Assembly: GCA_051362555.1 (NCBI GenBank)
Contig: CM120643.1
Location: forward strand, 11,098,001 to 11,162,000
DNA: 64,000 nt
Source: Lingula anatina
Taxonomy: Eukaryota; Animalia; Brachiopoda
Direction: 5' to 3'
Shown piece after piece: positions 47,901-62,900 of this stretch. The notes beneath the pieces were generated by a model. It was not told where the DNA came from. It saw only the letters and a list, made by a program, of their open reading frames with translations, and made no database searches. Positions within the stretch are counted from its first letter, which is position 1, and the number at the start of each line of letters is the position of its first letter. The position numbers and the translations under genes are program-made.

Positions 47901-50900
47901 ATAGAGCAAAAACTCTATCTCCCCCCCCCTCTCAGATTCTGTTCTCAGAGCTTATTTTTGGATCATCTTTAAAGCTAGAATTGGGGGCCTTGATGAAGTG
48001 ACCCGGGCGCGTTTCCACTTTTTTTATGATTGACAGGTGTGGTAGATTGATTTTCGTCACTTTTTGGAAAAATCGGAGACGGGTCGATTTTTGGTGATTT
48101 TGAGTGATTTTGAACAGTGCCGGCACTGTGAGATATCTTCAGTTTTGGCCAGTTAGGGATTAAAATTTTTTTTCTTCATTATAGTGTCAGATAGGTGTGT
48201 TTGGTCATTTGTAGTAAGAATAAAGTGCTGGAAGAGTGGTGGTGTCAACATTAAGGAAGAAATAGAGCAAAAACTCTGTCTCCCCCCCCTCTCAGATTCT
48301 GTTCTCAGAGCTTATTTTTGGATCATCTTTAAAGCTAGAATTGGGGGCCTTGATGAAGTGACCCGGGCGCGTTTCCACATTTTTTATGAATGACAGGTGT
48401 GGTAGATTGATTTTCGTCACTTTTTGGAAAAATCGGAGACGGGTCGATTTTTGGTGATTTTGAGTGATTTTGAACAGTGCCGGCACTGTGAGATATCTTC
48501 AGTTTTGGCCAGTTAGGGATTAAAATTTTTTTTCTTCATTATAGTGTCAGATAGGTGTGTTTGGTCATTTGTAGTAAGAATAAAGTGCTGGAAGAGTGGT
48601 GGTGTCAACATTAAGGAAGAAATAGAGCAAAAACTCTGTCTCCCTCCCCCTCTCAGATTATGTTCTCAGAGCTTATTTTTGGATCATCTTTAAAGCTAGA
48701 ATTGGGGGCCTTGATGAAGTAACCCGGGCGCGTTTCCACATTTTTTATGAATGACAGGTGTGGTAGATTGATTTTCGTCACTTTTTGGAAAAATCGGAGA
48801 CGGGTCGATTTTTGGTGATTTTGAGTGATTTTGAACAGTGCCGGCACTGAGAGATTTCTTCAATTTTGGCCAGGTAGGGATGAAAATTTTTTTTCTTCAT
48901 TATAGTGTCAGGTAGGTGTGTTCGGTCATTTGTAGTAAGAATAAAGTGCTGGAAGAGTGGTGGTGTCAAGATTAAGGAAGAAATAGAGCAAAAACTCTGT
49001 CTCCCCCCCCTCTCAGATTCTGTTCTCAGAGCTTATTTTTGGATCATCTTTAAAGCTAGAATTGGGGGCCTTGATGAAGTGACCCGGGCGCGTTTCCACA
49101 TTTTTTATGAATGACAGGTGTGGTAGATTGATTTTCGTCACTTTTTGGAAAAATCGGAGACGGGTCGATTTTTGGTGATTTTGAGTGATTTTGAACAGTG
49201 CCGGCACTGTGAGATTTCTTCAATTTTGGCCAGGTAGGGATGAAAATTTTTTTTCTTCATTATAGTGTCAGGTAGGTGTGTTCGGTCATTTGTAGTAAGA
49301 ATAAAGTGCTGGAAGAGTGGTGGTGTCAACATTAAGGAAGAAATAGAGCAAAAAATCTGTCTCCCCCCCCCCCGCCCTCTTAGATTCTGTTCTCAGAGCT
49401 TATTTTTGGATCATCTTTAAAGCTAGAATTGGGGGCCTTGATGAAGTGACCCGGGCGCGTTTCCACATTTTTTATGAATGACAGGTGTGGTAGATTGATT
49501 TTCGTCACTTTTTGAAAAAAATCTGAGACGGGTCGATTTTTGGTGATTTTGAGTGATTTTGAACAGTGCCGGCACTGTGAGAGTTCTTTAATTTTGGCCA
49601 GGTAGGGATGAAAATTTTTTTTCTTCATTATAGTGTCAGGTAGGTGTGTTCGGTCATTTGTAGTAAGAATAAAGTGCTGGAAGAGTGGTGGTGTCAACAT
49701 TAAGGAAGAAATAGAGCAAAAACTCTGTCTCCCCCCCCCTCTCAGATTCTGTTCTCAGAGCTTATTTTTGGATCATCTTTAAAGCTAGAATTGGGGGCCT
49801 TGATGAAGTGACCCGGGCATGTTTCCACATTTTTTATGAATGACAGGTGTGGTAGATTGATTTTCGTCACTTTTTGGAAAAATCGGAGACGGGTCAATTT
49901 TTGGTGATTTTGAGTGATTTTGAACAGTGCCGGCACTGAGAGATTTCTTCAATTTTGGCCAGGTAGGGATGAAAATTTTTTTTCTTCATTATAGTGTCAG
50001 GTAGGTGTGTTCGGTCATTTGTAGTAAGAATAAAGTGATGGAAGAGTGGTGGTGTCAACATTAAGTAAGAAATAGAGCAAAAACTCTGTCTCCCCCCCCC
50101 CCCTCTCAGATTCTGTTCTCAGAGCTTATTTTTGGATCATCTTTAAAGCTAGAATTGGGGGCCTTGATGAAGTGACCCGGGCGCGTTTCCACATTTTTTA
50201 TGAATGACAGGTGTGGTAGATTGATTTTCGTCACTTTTTGGAAAAATCGGAGACGGGTCGATTTTTGGTGATTTTGAGTGATTTTGAACAGTGCCGGCAC
50301 TGTGAGAGTTCTTCAATTTTGGCCAGGTAGGGATGAAAATTTTTTTTCTTCATTATAGTGTCAGGTAGGTGTGTTCGGTCATTTGTAGTAAGAATAAAGT
50401 GCTGAAAGAGTGGTGGTGTCAACATTAAGGAAGAAATAGAGCAAAAACTCTGTCTCCCCCCCCCCCCGCCCTCTTAGATTCTGTTCTCAGAGCTTATTTT
50501 TGGATCATCTTTAAAGCTAGAATTGGGGGCCTTGATGAAGTGACCCGGGCGCGTTTCCACATTTTTTATGAATGACAGGTGTGGTAGATTGATTTTCGTC
50601 ACTTTTTGGAAAAATCGGAGACGGGTCGATTTTTGGTGATTTTGAGTGATTTTGAACAGTGCCGGCACTGTGAGATTTCTTCAATTTTGGCCAGGTAGGG
50701 ATGAAAATTTTTTTTCTTCATTATAGTGTCAGGTAGGTGTGTTCGGTCATTTGTAGTAAGAATAAAGTGCTGGAAGAGTGGTGGTGTCAACATTAAGGAA
50801 GAAATAGAGCAAAAAATCTGTCTCCCCCCCCCGCCCTCTTAGATTCTGTTCTCAGAGCTTATTTTTGGATCATCTTTAAAGCTAGAATTGGGGGCCTTGA

Positions 50901-53900
50901 TGAAGTGACCCGGGCGCGTTTCTACATTTTTTATGAATGACAGGTGTGGTAGATTGATTTTCGTCACTTTTTGAAAAAAATCGGAGATGGGTCGATTTTT
51001 GGTGATTTTGAGTGATTTTGAACAGTGCCGGCACTGTGAGAGTTCTTTAATTTTGGCCAGGTAGGGATGAAAATTTTTTTTCTTCATTATAGTGTCAGGT
51101 AGGTGTGTTCGGTCATTTGTAGTAAGAATAAAGTGCTGGAAGAGTGGTGGTGTCAACATTAAGGAAGAAATAGAGCAAAAACTCTGTCTCCCCCCCCCTC
51201 TCAGATTCTGTTCTCAGAGCTTATTTTTGGATCATCTTTAAAGCTAGAATTGGGGGCCTTGATGAAGTAACCCGGGCGCGTTTCCACATTTTTTATGAAT
51301 GACAGGTGTGGTAGATTGATTTTCGTCACTTTTTGGAAAAATCGGAGACGGGTCGATTTTTGGTGATTTTGAGTGATTTTGAACAGTGCCGGCACTGTGA
51401 GATTTCTTCAATTTTGGCCAGGTAGGGATGAAAATTTTTTTTCTTCATTATAGTGTCGGGTAGGTGTGTTCGGTCATTTGTAGTAAGAATAAAGTGCTGG
51501 AAGAGTGGTGGTGTCAACATTAAGGAAGAAATAGAGCAAAAACTCTGTCTCCCCCCCCCTCTCAGATTCTGTTCTCAGAGCTTATTTTTGGATCATCTTT
51601 AAAGCTAGAATTGGGGGCCTTGATGAAGTGACCCGGGCACGTTTCCACATTTTTTATGAATGACAGGTGTGGTAGATTGATTTTCGTCACTTTTTGGAAA
51701 AATCGGAGACGGGTCGATTTTTGGTGATTTTGAGTGATTTTGAACAGTGCCGGCACTGTGAGATTTCTTCAATTTTGGCCAGGTAGGGATGAAAATTTTT
51801 TTCCTTCATTATAGTGTCAGGTAGGTGTGTTCGGTCATTTGTAGTAAGAATAAAGTGCTGGAAGAGTGGTGGTGTCAACATTAAGGAAGAAATAGAGCAA
51901 AAACTCTGTCTCCCCCATCCCTCTCAGATTCTGTTCTCAGAGCTTATTTTTGGATCATCTTTAAAGCTAGAATTGGGGGCCTTGATGAAGTGACCCGGGC
52001 GCGTTTCCACATTTTTTATGAATGACAGGTGTGGTAGATTGATTTTCGTCACTTTTTGGAAAAATCGGAGATGGGTCGATTTTTGGTGATTTTGAGTGAT
52101 TTTGAACAGTGCCGGCACTGTGAGATTTCTTCAATTTTGGCCAGGTAGGGATGAAAATTTTTTTTCTTCATTATAGTGTCAGGTAGGTGTGTTCGGTCAT
52201 TTGTAGTAGGAATAAAGTGCTGGAAGAGTGGTGGTGTCAACATTAAGGAAGAAATAGAGCAAAAACTCTGTCTCCCCCCCCCCTCTCAGATTCTGTTCTC
52301 AGAGTATTTTTGGATCATCTTTAAAGCTAGAATTGGGGGCCTTGATGAAGTGACCTGGGCGCGTTTCCACATTTTTTATGAATGACAGGTGTGGTAGATT
52401 GATTTTCGTCACTTTTTGGAAAAATCGGAGACGGGTCGATTTTTGGTGATTTTGAGTGATTTTGAACAGTGCCGGCACTGTGAGATTTCTTCAATTTTGG
52501 CCAGGTAGGGATGAAAATTTTTTTTCTTCATTATAGTGTCAGATAGGTGTGTTCGGTCATTTGTAGTAAGAATAAAGTGCTGGAAGAGTGGTGGTGTCAA
52601 CATTAAGGAAGAAATAGAGCAAAAACTCTGTCTCCCCCCCCCCCCTCTCAGATTCTGTTCTCAGAGCTTATTTTTGGATCATCTTTAAAGCTAGAATTGG
52701 GGGCCTTGATGAAGTGACCCGGGCGCGTTTCCACATTTTTTTTGAATGACAGGTGTGGTAGATTGATTTTCGTCACTTTTTGGAAAAATCGGAGACGGGT
52801 CGATTTTTGGTGATTTTGAGTGATTTTGAACAGTGCCGGCACTGTGAGATTTCTTCAATGTTGGCCAGGTAGGGATGAAAATTTTTTTTCTTCATTATAG
52901 TGTCAGGTAGGTGTGTTCGGTCATTTGTAGTAAGAATAAAGTGCTGGAAGAGTGGTGGTGTCAACATTAAGGAAGAAATAGAGCAAAAACTCTGTCTCCC
53001 CCCCCCCCCCTCTTAGATTCTGTTCTCAGAGCTTATTTTTGGATCATCTTTAAAGCTAGAATTGGGGGCCTTGATGAAGTGACCCGGGCGCGTTTCCACA
53101 TTTTTTATGAATGACAGGTGTGGTAGATTGATTTTCGTCACTTTTTGGAAAAATCGGAGACGGGTCGATTTTTGGTGATTTTGAGTGATTTTGAACAGTG
53201 CCGGCACTGTGAGATTTCTTCAATTTTGGCCAGGTAGGGATGAAAATTTTTTTTCTTCATTATAGTGTCAGGTAGGTGTGTTCGGTCATTTGTAGTATGA
53301 ATAAAGTGCTGGAAGAGTGGTGGTGTCAACATTAAGGAAGAAATAGAGCAAAAACTCTGTCTCCCCCCCCTCTCAGATTCTGTTCTCAGAGCTTATTTTT
53401 GGATCATCTTTAAAGCTAGAATTGGGGGCCTTGATGAAGTGACCCGGGAGTGTTTCCACATTTTTTATGAATGACAGGTGTGGTAGATTGATTTTCGTCA
53501 CTTTTTGGAAAAATCGGAGACGGGTCGATTTTTGGTGATTTTGAGTGATTTTGAACAGTGCCGGCACTGTGAGATTTCTTCAATTTTGGCCAGTTAGGGA
53601 TTAAAATTTTTTTTCTTCATTATAGTGTCAGATAGGTGTGTTTGGTCATTTGTAGTAAGAATAAAGTGCTGGAAGAGTGGTGGTGTCAACATTAAGGAAG
53701 AAATAGAGCAAAAACTCTGTCTCCCCCCCCCCCTCTCAGATTCTGTTCTCAGAGCTTATTTTTGGATCATCTTTAAAGCTAGAATTGGGGGCCTTGATGA
53801 AGTGACCCGGGCGCGTTTCCACATTTTTTATGAATGACAGGTGTGGTAGATTGATTTTCGTCACTTTTTGGAAAAATCGGAGACGGGTCGATTTTTGGTG

Positions 53901-56900
53901 ATTTTGAGTGATTTTGAACAGTGCCGGCACTGTGAGATTTCTTCAATTTTGGCCAGGTAGGGATGAAAATTTTTTTTCTTCATTATAGTGTCAGGTAGGT
54001 GTGTTCGGTCATTTGTAGTAAGAATAAAGTGCTGGAAGAGTGGTGGTGTCAACATTAAGGAAGAAATAGAGCAAAAACTCTGTCTCCCCCCCCCCCTCTC
54101 AGATTCTGTTCTCAGAGCTTATTTTTGGATCATCTTTAAAGCTAGAATTGGGGGCCTTGATGAAGTGACCCGGGCGCGTTTCCACATTTTTTATGAATGA
54201 CAGGTGTGGTAGATTGATTTTCGTCACTTTTTGGAAAAAATCGGAGATGGGTCGATTTTTGGTGATTTTGAATGATTTTGAACAGTGCCGGCACTGTGAG
54301 ATTTCTTCAATTTTGGCCAGGTAGGGATGAAAATTTTTTTTCTTCATTATAGTGTCGGGTAGGTGTGTTCGGTCATTTGTAGTAAGAATAAAGTGCTGGA
54401 AGAGTGGTGGTGTCAACATTAAGGAAGAAATAGAGCAAAAACTCTGTCTCCCCCCCCTCTCAGATTCTGTTCTCAGAGCTTATTTTTGGATCATCTTTAA
54501 AGCTAGAATTGGGGGCCTTGATGAAGTGACCCGGGCACGTTTCCACATTTTTTATGAATGACAGGTATGGTAGATTGATTTTCGTCACTTTTTGGAAAAA
54601 TCGGAGACGGGCTGATTTTTGGTGATTTTGAGTGATTTTGAACAGTGCCGGCACTGTGAGATTTCTTCAATTTTGGCCAGGTAGGGATGAAAATTTTTTT
54701 TCTTCATTATAGTGTCGGGTAGGTGTGTTCGGTCATTTGTAGTAAGAATAAAGTGCTGGAAGAGTGGTGGTGTCAACATTAAGGAAGAAATAGAGCAAAA
54801 ACTCTGTCTCCCCCCCCCCCTCTCAGATTCTGTTCTCAGAGCTTATTTTTGGATCATCTTTAAAGCTAGAATTGGGGGCCTTGATGAAGTGACCCGGGCA
54901 CGTTTCCACATTTTTTATGAATGACAGGTGTGGTAGATTGATTTTCGTCACTTTTTGGAAAAATCGGAGACGGGTCGATTTTTGGTGATTTTGAGTGATT
55001 TTGAACAGTGCCGGCACTGTGAGATTTCTTCAATTTTGGCCAGGTAGGGATGAAAATTTTTTTCCTTCATTATAGTGTCAGGTAGGTGTGTTCGGTCATT
55101 TGTAGTAAGAATAAAGTGCTGGAAGAGTGGTGGTGTCAACATTAAGGAAGAAATAGAGCAAAAACTCTGTCTCCCCCATCCCTCTCAGATTCTGTTCTCA
55201 GAGCTTATTTTTGGATCATCTTTAAAGCTAGAATTGGGGGCCTTGATGAAGTGACCCGGGCGCGTTTCCACATTTTTTATGAATGACAGGTGTGGTAGAT
55301 TGATTTTCGTCACTTTTTGGAAAAATCGGAGACGGGTCGATTTTTGGTGATTTTGAGTGATTTTGAACAGTGCCGGCACTGTGAGATTTCTTCAATTTTG
55401 GCCAGGTAGGGATGAAAATTTTTTTCCTTCATTATAGTGTCAGGTAGGTGTGTTCGGTCATTTGTAGTAAGAATAAAGTGCTGGAAGAGTGGTGGTGTCA
55501 ACATTAAGGAAGAAATAGAGCAAAAACTCTGTCTCCCCCCCCCCTCTCAGATTCTGTTCTCAGAGTATTTTTGGATCATCTTTAAAGCTAGAATGGGGGG
55601 CCTTGATGAAGTGACCCGGGCGCGTTTCCACATTTTTTATGAATGACAGGTGTGGTAGATTGATTTTCGTCACTTTTTGGAAAAATCGGAGACGGGTCGA
55701 TTTTTGGTGATTTTGAGTGATTTTGAACAGTGCCGGCACTGTGAGATTTCTTCAATTTTGGCCAGGTAGGGATGAAAATTTTTTTTCTTCATTATAGTGT
55801 CAGATAGGTGTGTTCGGTCATTTGTAGTAAGAATAAAGTGCTGGAAGAGTGGTGGTGTCAACATTAAGGAAGAAATAGAGCAAAAACTCTGTCTCCCCCC
55901 CCCCTCTCAGATTCTGTTCTCAGAGCTTATTTTTGGATCATCTTTAAAGCTAGAATTGGGGGCCTTGATGAAGTGACCCGGGCGCGTTTCCACATTTTTT
56001 TTGAATGACAGGTGTGGTAGATTGATTTTCGTCACTTTTTGGAAAAATCGGAGACGGGTCGATTTTTGGTGATTTTGAGTGATTTTGAACAGTGCCGGCA
56101 CTGTGAGATTTCTTCAATGTTGGCCAGGTAGGGATGAAAATTTTTTTTCTTCATTATAGTGTCAGGTAGGTGTGTTCGGTCATTTCTAGTAAGAATAAAG
56201 TGCTGGAAGAGTGGTGGTGTCAACATTAAGGAAGAAATAGAGCAAAAACTCTGTCTCCCCCCCCCCTCTTAGATTCTGTTCTCAGAGCTTATTTTTGGAT
56301 CATCTTTAAAGCTAGAATTGGGGGCCTTGATGAAGTGACCCGGGCGCGTTTCCACATTTTTTATGAATGACAGGTGTGGTAGATTGATTTTCGTCACTTT
56401 TTGGAAAAAATCGGAGATGGGTCGATTTTTGGTGATTTTGAATGATTTTGAAAAGTGCCGGCACTGTGAGATTTCTTCAATTTTGGCCAGTTAGGGATTA
56501 AAATTTTTTTTCTTCATTATAGTGTCAGATAGGTGTGTTTGGTCATTTGTAGTAAGAATAAAGTGCTGGAAGAGTGGTGGTGTCAACATTAAGGAAGAAA
56601 TAGAGCAAAAACTCTGTCTCCCCCCCCCCCCCTCTCAGATTCTGTTCTCAGAGCTTATTTTTGGATCATCTTTAAAGCTAGAATTGGGGGCCTTGATGAA
56701 GTGACCCGGGCGCGTTTCCACATTTTTTATGAAGGACAGGTGTGGTAGATTGATTTTCGTCACTTTTTGGAAAAATCGGAGACGGGTCGATTTTTGGTGA
56801 TTTTGAGTGATTTTGAACAGTGCCGGCACTGAGAGATTTCTTCAATTTTGGCCAGGTAGGGATGAAAATTTTTTTTCTTCATTATAGTGTCAGGTAGGTG

Positions 56901-59900
56901 TGTTCGGTCATTTGTAGTAAGAATAAAGTGCTGGAAGAGTGGTGGTGTCAACATTAAGGAAGAAATAGAGCAAAAACTCTGTCTCCCCCCCCCCTCTCAG
57001 ATTCTGTTCTCAGAGCTTATTTTTGGATCATCTTTAAAGCTAGAATTGGGGGCCTTGATGAAGTGACCCGGGCGCGTTTCCACATTTTTTATGAATGACA
57101 GGTGTGGTAGATTGATTTTCGTCACTTTTTGGAAAAAATCAGAGATGGGTCGATTTTTGGTGATTTTGAGTGATTTTGAACAGTGCCGGCACTGTGAGAT
57201 TTCTTCAATTTTGGCCAGGTAGGGATGAAAATTTTTTTTCTTCATTATAGTGTCGGGTAGGTGTGTTCGGTCATTTGTAGTAAGAATAAAGTGCTGGAAG
57301 AGTGGTGGTGTCAACATTAAGGAAGAAATAGAGCAAAAACTCTATCTCCCCCCCCCTCTCAGATTCTGTTCTCAGAGCTTATTTTTGGATCATCTTTAAA
57401 GCTAGAATTGGGGGCCTTGATGAAGTGACCCGGGCGCGTTTCCACTTTTTTTATGATTGACAGGTGTGGTAGATTGATTTTCGTCACTTTTTGGAAAAAT
57501 CGGAGACGGGTCGATTTTTGGTGATTTTGAGTGATTTTGAACAGTGCCGGCACTGTGAGATTTCTTCAATTTTGGCCAGGTAGGGATGAAAATTTTTTTT
57601 CTTCATTATAGTGTCAGGTAGGTGTGTTCGGTCATTTGTAGTAAGAATATAGTGCTGGAAGAGTGGTGGTGTCAACATTAAGGAAGAAATAGAGCAAAAA
57701 CTCTGTCTCCCCCCCCCCCTCTCAGATTCTCTTCTCAGAGCTTATTTTTGGATCATCTTTAAAGCTAGAATTGGGGGCCTTGATGAAGTGACCCGGGCGC
57801 GTTTCCACATTTTTTATGAATGAGAGGTGTGGTAGATTGATTTTCGTCACTTTTTGGAAAAATCGGAGACGGGTCGATTTTTGGTGATTTTGAGTGATTT
57901 TGAACAGTGCCGGCACTGTGAGATTTCTTCAGTTTTGGCCAGTTAGGGATTAAAATTTTTTTTCTTCATTATAGTGTCAGATAGGTGTGTTTGGTCATTT
58001 GTAGTAAGAATAAAGTGCTGGAAGAGTGGTGGTGTCAACATTAAGGAAGAAATAGAGCAAAAACTCTGTCTCCCCCCCCTCTCAGATTCTGTTCTCAGAG
58101 CTTATTTTTGGATCATCTTTAAAGCTAGAATTGGGGGCCTTGATGAAGTGACCCGGGCGCGTTTCCACATTTTTTATGAATGACAGGTGTGGTAGATTGA
58201 TTTTCGTCACTTTTTGGAAAAATCGGAGACGGGTCGATTTTTGGTGATTTTGAGTGATTTTGAACAGTGCCGGCACTGAGAGATTTCTTCAATTTTGGCC
58301 AGGTAGGGATGAAAATTTTTTTTCTTCATTATAGTGTCAGGTAGGTGTGTTCGGTCATTTGTAGTAAGAATAAAGTGCTGGAAGAGTGGTGGTGTCAACA
58401 TTAAGGAAGAAATAGAGCAAAAACTCTGTCTCCCCCCCCTCTCAGATTCTGTTCTCAGAGCTTATTTTTGGATCATCTTTAAAGCTAGAATTGGGGGCCT
58501 TGATGAAGTGACCCGGGCGCGTTTCCACATTTTTTATGAATGACAGGTGTGGTAGATTTATTTTCGTCACTTTTTGGAAAAATCGGAGACGGGTTGATTT
58601 TTGGTGATTTTGAGTGATTTTGAACAGTGCCGGCACTGTGAGATTTATTCAATTTTGGCCAGGTAGGGATGAAAATTTTTTTTCTTCATTATAGTGTCAG
58701 GTAGGTGTGTTCGGTCATTTGTAGTAAGAATAAAGTGCTGGAAGAGTGGTGGTGTCAACATTAAGGAAGAAATAGAGCAAAAACTCTGTCTCCCCCCCCC
58801 TCTCAGATTCTGTTCTCAGAGCTTATTTTTGGATCATCTTTAAAGCTAGAATTGGGGGCCTTGATGAAGTGACCCGGGCACGTTTCCACATTTTTTATGA
58901 ATGACAGGTGTGGTAGATTGATTTTCGTCACTTTTTGGAAAAATCGGAGACGGGTCGATTTTTGGTGATTTTGAGTGATTTTGAACAGTGCCGGCACTGT
59001 GAGATTTCTTCAATTTTGGCCAGGTAGGGATGAAAATTTTTTTCCTTCATTATAGTGTCAGGTAGGTGTGTTCGGTCATTTGTAGTAAGAATAAAGTGCT
59101 GGAAGAGTGGTGGTGTCAACATTAAGGAAGAAATAGAGCAAAAACTCTGTCTCCCCCATCCCTCTCAGATTCTGTTCTCAGAGCTTATTTTTGGATCATC
59201 TTTAAAGCTAGAATTGGGGGCCTTGATGAAGTGACCCGGGCGCGTTTCCACATTTTTTATGAATGACAGGTGTGGTAGATTGATTTTCGTCACTTTTTGG
59301 AAAAATCGGAGACGGGTCGATTTTTGGTGATTTTGAGTGATTTTGAACAGTGCCGGCACTGTGAGATTTCTTCAATTTTGGCCAGGTAGGGATGAAAATT
59401 TTTTTTCTTCATTATAGTGTCAGGTAGGTGTGTTCGGTCATTTGTAGTAGGAATAAAGTGCTGGAAGAGTGGTGGTGTCAACATTAAGGAAGAAATAGAG
59501 CAAAAACTCTGTCTCCCCCCCCCTCTCAGATTCTGTTCTCAGAGCTTATTTTTGGATCATCTTTAAAGCTAGAATTGGGGGCCTTGATGAAGTGACCCGG
59601 GTGCGTTTCCACATTTTTTATGAATGACAGGTGTGGTAGATTGATTTTCGTCACTTTTTGGAAAAATCGGAGACGGGTCGATTTTTGGTGATTTTGAGTG
59701 ATTTTGAACAGTGCCGGCACTGTGAGATTTCTTCAATTTTGGCCAGGTAGGGATGAAAATTTTTTTCCTTCATTATAGTGTCAGGTAGGTGTGTTCGGTC
59801 ATTTGTAGTAAGAATAAAGTGCTGGAAGAGTGGTGGTTTCAACATTAAGGAAGAAATAGAGCAAAAACTCTGTCTCCCCCATCCCTCTCAGATTCTGTTC

Positions 59901-62900
59901 TCAGAGCTTATTTTTGGATCATCTTTAAAGCTAGAATTGGGGGCCTTGATGAAGTAACCCGGGCGCGTTTCCACATTTTTTATGAATGACAGGTGTGGTA
60001 GATTGATTTTCGTCACTTTTTGGAAAAATCGGAGACGGGTCGATTTTTGGTGATTTTGAGTGATTTTGAACAGTGCCGGCACTGTGAGATTTCTTCAATT
60101 TTGGCCAGATAGGGATGAAAATTTTTTTTCTTCATTATAGTGTCAGGTAGGTGTGTTTGGTCATTTGTAGTAAGAATAAAGTGCTGGAAGAGTGGTGGTG
60201 TCAACATTAAGGAAGAAATAGAGCAAAAACTCTGTCTCCCCCCCCCTCTCAGATTCTGTTCTCAGAGCTTATTTTTGGATCATCTTTAAAGCTAGAATTG
60301 GGGGCCTTGATGAAGTGACCCGGGCACGTTTCCACATTTTTTATGAATGACAGGTGTGGTAGATTGATTTTCGTCACTTTTTGGAAAAATCGGAGACGGG
60401 TCGATTTTTGGTGATTTTGAGTGATTTTGAACAGTGCCGGCACTGTGAGATTTCTTCAATTTTGGCCAGGTAGGGATGAAAATTTTTTTCCTTCATTATA
60501 GTGTCAGGTAGGTGTGTTCGGTCATTTGTAGTAAGAATAAAGTGCTGGAAGAGTGGTGGTGTCAACATTAAGGAAGAAATAGAGCAAAAACTCTGTCTCC
60601 CCCATCCCTCTCAGATTCTGTTCTCAGAGCTTATTTTTGGATCATCTTTAAAGCTAGAATTGGGGGCCTTGATGAAGTGACCCGGGCGCGTTTCCACATT
60701 TTTTATGAATGACAGGTGTGGTAGATTGATTTTCGTCACTTTTTGGAAAAATCGGAGACGGGTCGATTTTTGGTGATTTTGAGTGATTTTGAACAGTGCT
60801 GGCACTGTGAGATTTCTTCAATTTTGGCCAGGTAGGGATGAAAATTTTTTTTCTTCATTATAGTGTCAGGTAGGTGTGTTCGGTCATTTGTAGTAGGAAT
60901 AAAGTGCTGGAAGAGTGGTGGTGTCAACATTAAGGAAGAAATAGAGCAAAAACTCTGTCTCCCCCCCCCTCTCAGATTCTGTTCTCAGAGCTTATTTTTG
61001 GATCATCTTTAAAGCTAGAATTGGGGGCCTTGATGAAGTGACCCGGGTGCGTTTCCACATTTTTTATGAATGACAGGTGTGGTAGATTGATTTTCGTTAC
61101 TTTTTGGAAAAAATCGGAGACGGGTCGATTTTTGGTGATTTTGAGTGATTTTGAACAGTGCCGGCACTGTGAGATTTCTTCAATTTTGGCCAGGTAGGGA
61201 TGAAAATTTTTTTCCTTCATTATAGTGTCAGGTAGGTGTGTTCGGTCATTTGTAGTAAGAATAAAGTGCTGGAAGAGTGGTGGTTTCAACATTAAGGAAG
61301 AAATAGAGCAAAAACTCTGTCTCCCCCATCCCTCTCAGATTCTGTTCTCAGAGCTTATTTTTGGATCATCTTTAAAGCTAGAATTGGGGGCCTTGATGAA
61401 GTAACCCGGGCGCGTTTCCACATTTTTTATGAATGACAGGTGTGGTAGATTGATTTTCGTCACTTTTTGGAAAAATCGGAGACGGGTCGATTTTTGGTGA
61501 TTTTGAGTGATTTTGAACAGTGCCGGCACTGTGAGATTTCTTCAATTTTGGCCAGGTAGGGATGAAAATTTTTTTTCTTCATTATAGTGTCAGGTAGGTG
61601 TGTTCGGTCATTTGTAGTAAGAATAAAGTGCTGGAAGAGTGGTGGTGTCAACATTAAGGAAGAAATAGAGCAAAAACTCTGTCTCCCCCCCCCCCTCTCA
61701 GATTCTGTTCTCAGAGCTTATTTTTGGATCATCTTTAAAGCTAGAATTGGGGGCCTTGATGAAGTGACCCGGGCGCGTTTCCACATTTTTTATGAATGAC
61801 AGGTGTGGTAGATTGATTTTCGTCACTTTTTGGAAAAATCGGAGACGGGTCGATTTTTGGTGATTTTGAGTGATTTTGAACAGTGCCGGCACTGTGAGAT
61901 TTCTTCAATTTTGGCCAGATAGGGATGAAAATTTTTTTTCTTCATTATAGTGTCAGGTAGGTGTGTTTGGTCATTTGTAGTAAGAATAAAGTGCTGGAAG
62001 AGTGGTGGTGTCAACATTAAGGAAGAAATAGAGCAAAAACTCTGTCTCCCCCCCCCCCCCTCTCAGATTCTGTTCTCAGAGCTTATTTTTGGATTATCTT
62101 TAAAGCTAGAATTGGGGGCCTTGATGAAGTGACCCGGGCGCGTTTCCACATTTTTTATGAATGACAGGTGTGGTAGATTGATTTTCGTCACTTTTTGGAA
62201 AAATCGGAGACGGGTCGATTTTTGGTGATTTTGAGTGATTTTGAACAGTGCCGGCACTGTGAGATTTCTTCAATTTTGGCCAGGTAGGGATGAAAATTTT
62301 TTTTCTTCATTATAGTGTCAGGTAGGTGTGTTTGGTCATTTGTAGTAAGAATAAAGTGCTGGAAGAGTGGTGGTGTCAACATTAAGGAAGAAATAGAGCA
62401 AAAACTCTGTCTCCCCCCCCCCCCTCTCAGATTCTGTTCTCAGAGCTTATTTTTGGATCATCTTTAAAGCTAGAATTGGGGGCCTTGATGAAGTGACCCG
62501 GGCGCGTTTCCACATTTTTTATGAATGACAATTGTGGTAGATTGATTTTCGTCACTTTTTGGAAAAATCGGAGACGGGTCGATTTTTGGTGATTTTGAGT
62601 GATTTTGAACAGTGCCGGCACTGTGAGATTTCTTCAATTTTGGCCAGATAGGGATGAAAATTTTTTTTCTTCATTATAGTGTCAGGTAGGTGTGTTCGGT
62701 CATTTGTAGTAAGAATATAGTGCTGGAAGAGTGGTGGTGTCAACATTAAGGAAGAAATAGAGCAAAAACTCTGTCTCCCCCCCCCCCCCTCTCAGATTCT
62801 CTTCTCAGAGCTTATTTTTGGATCATCTTTAAAGCTAGAATTGGGGGCCTTGATGAAGTGACCCGGGCGCGTTTCCACATTTTTTATGAATGAGAGGTGT

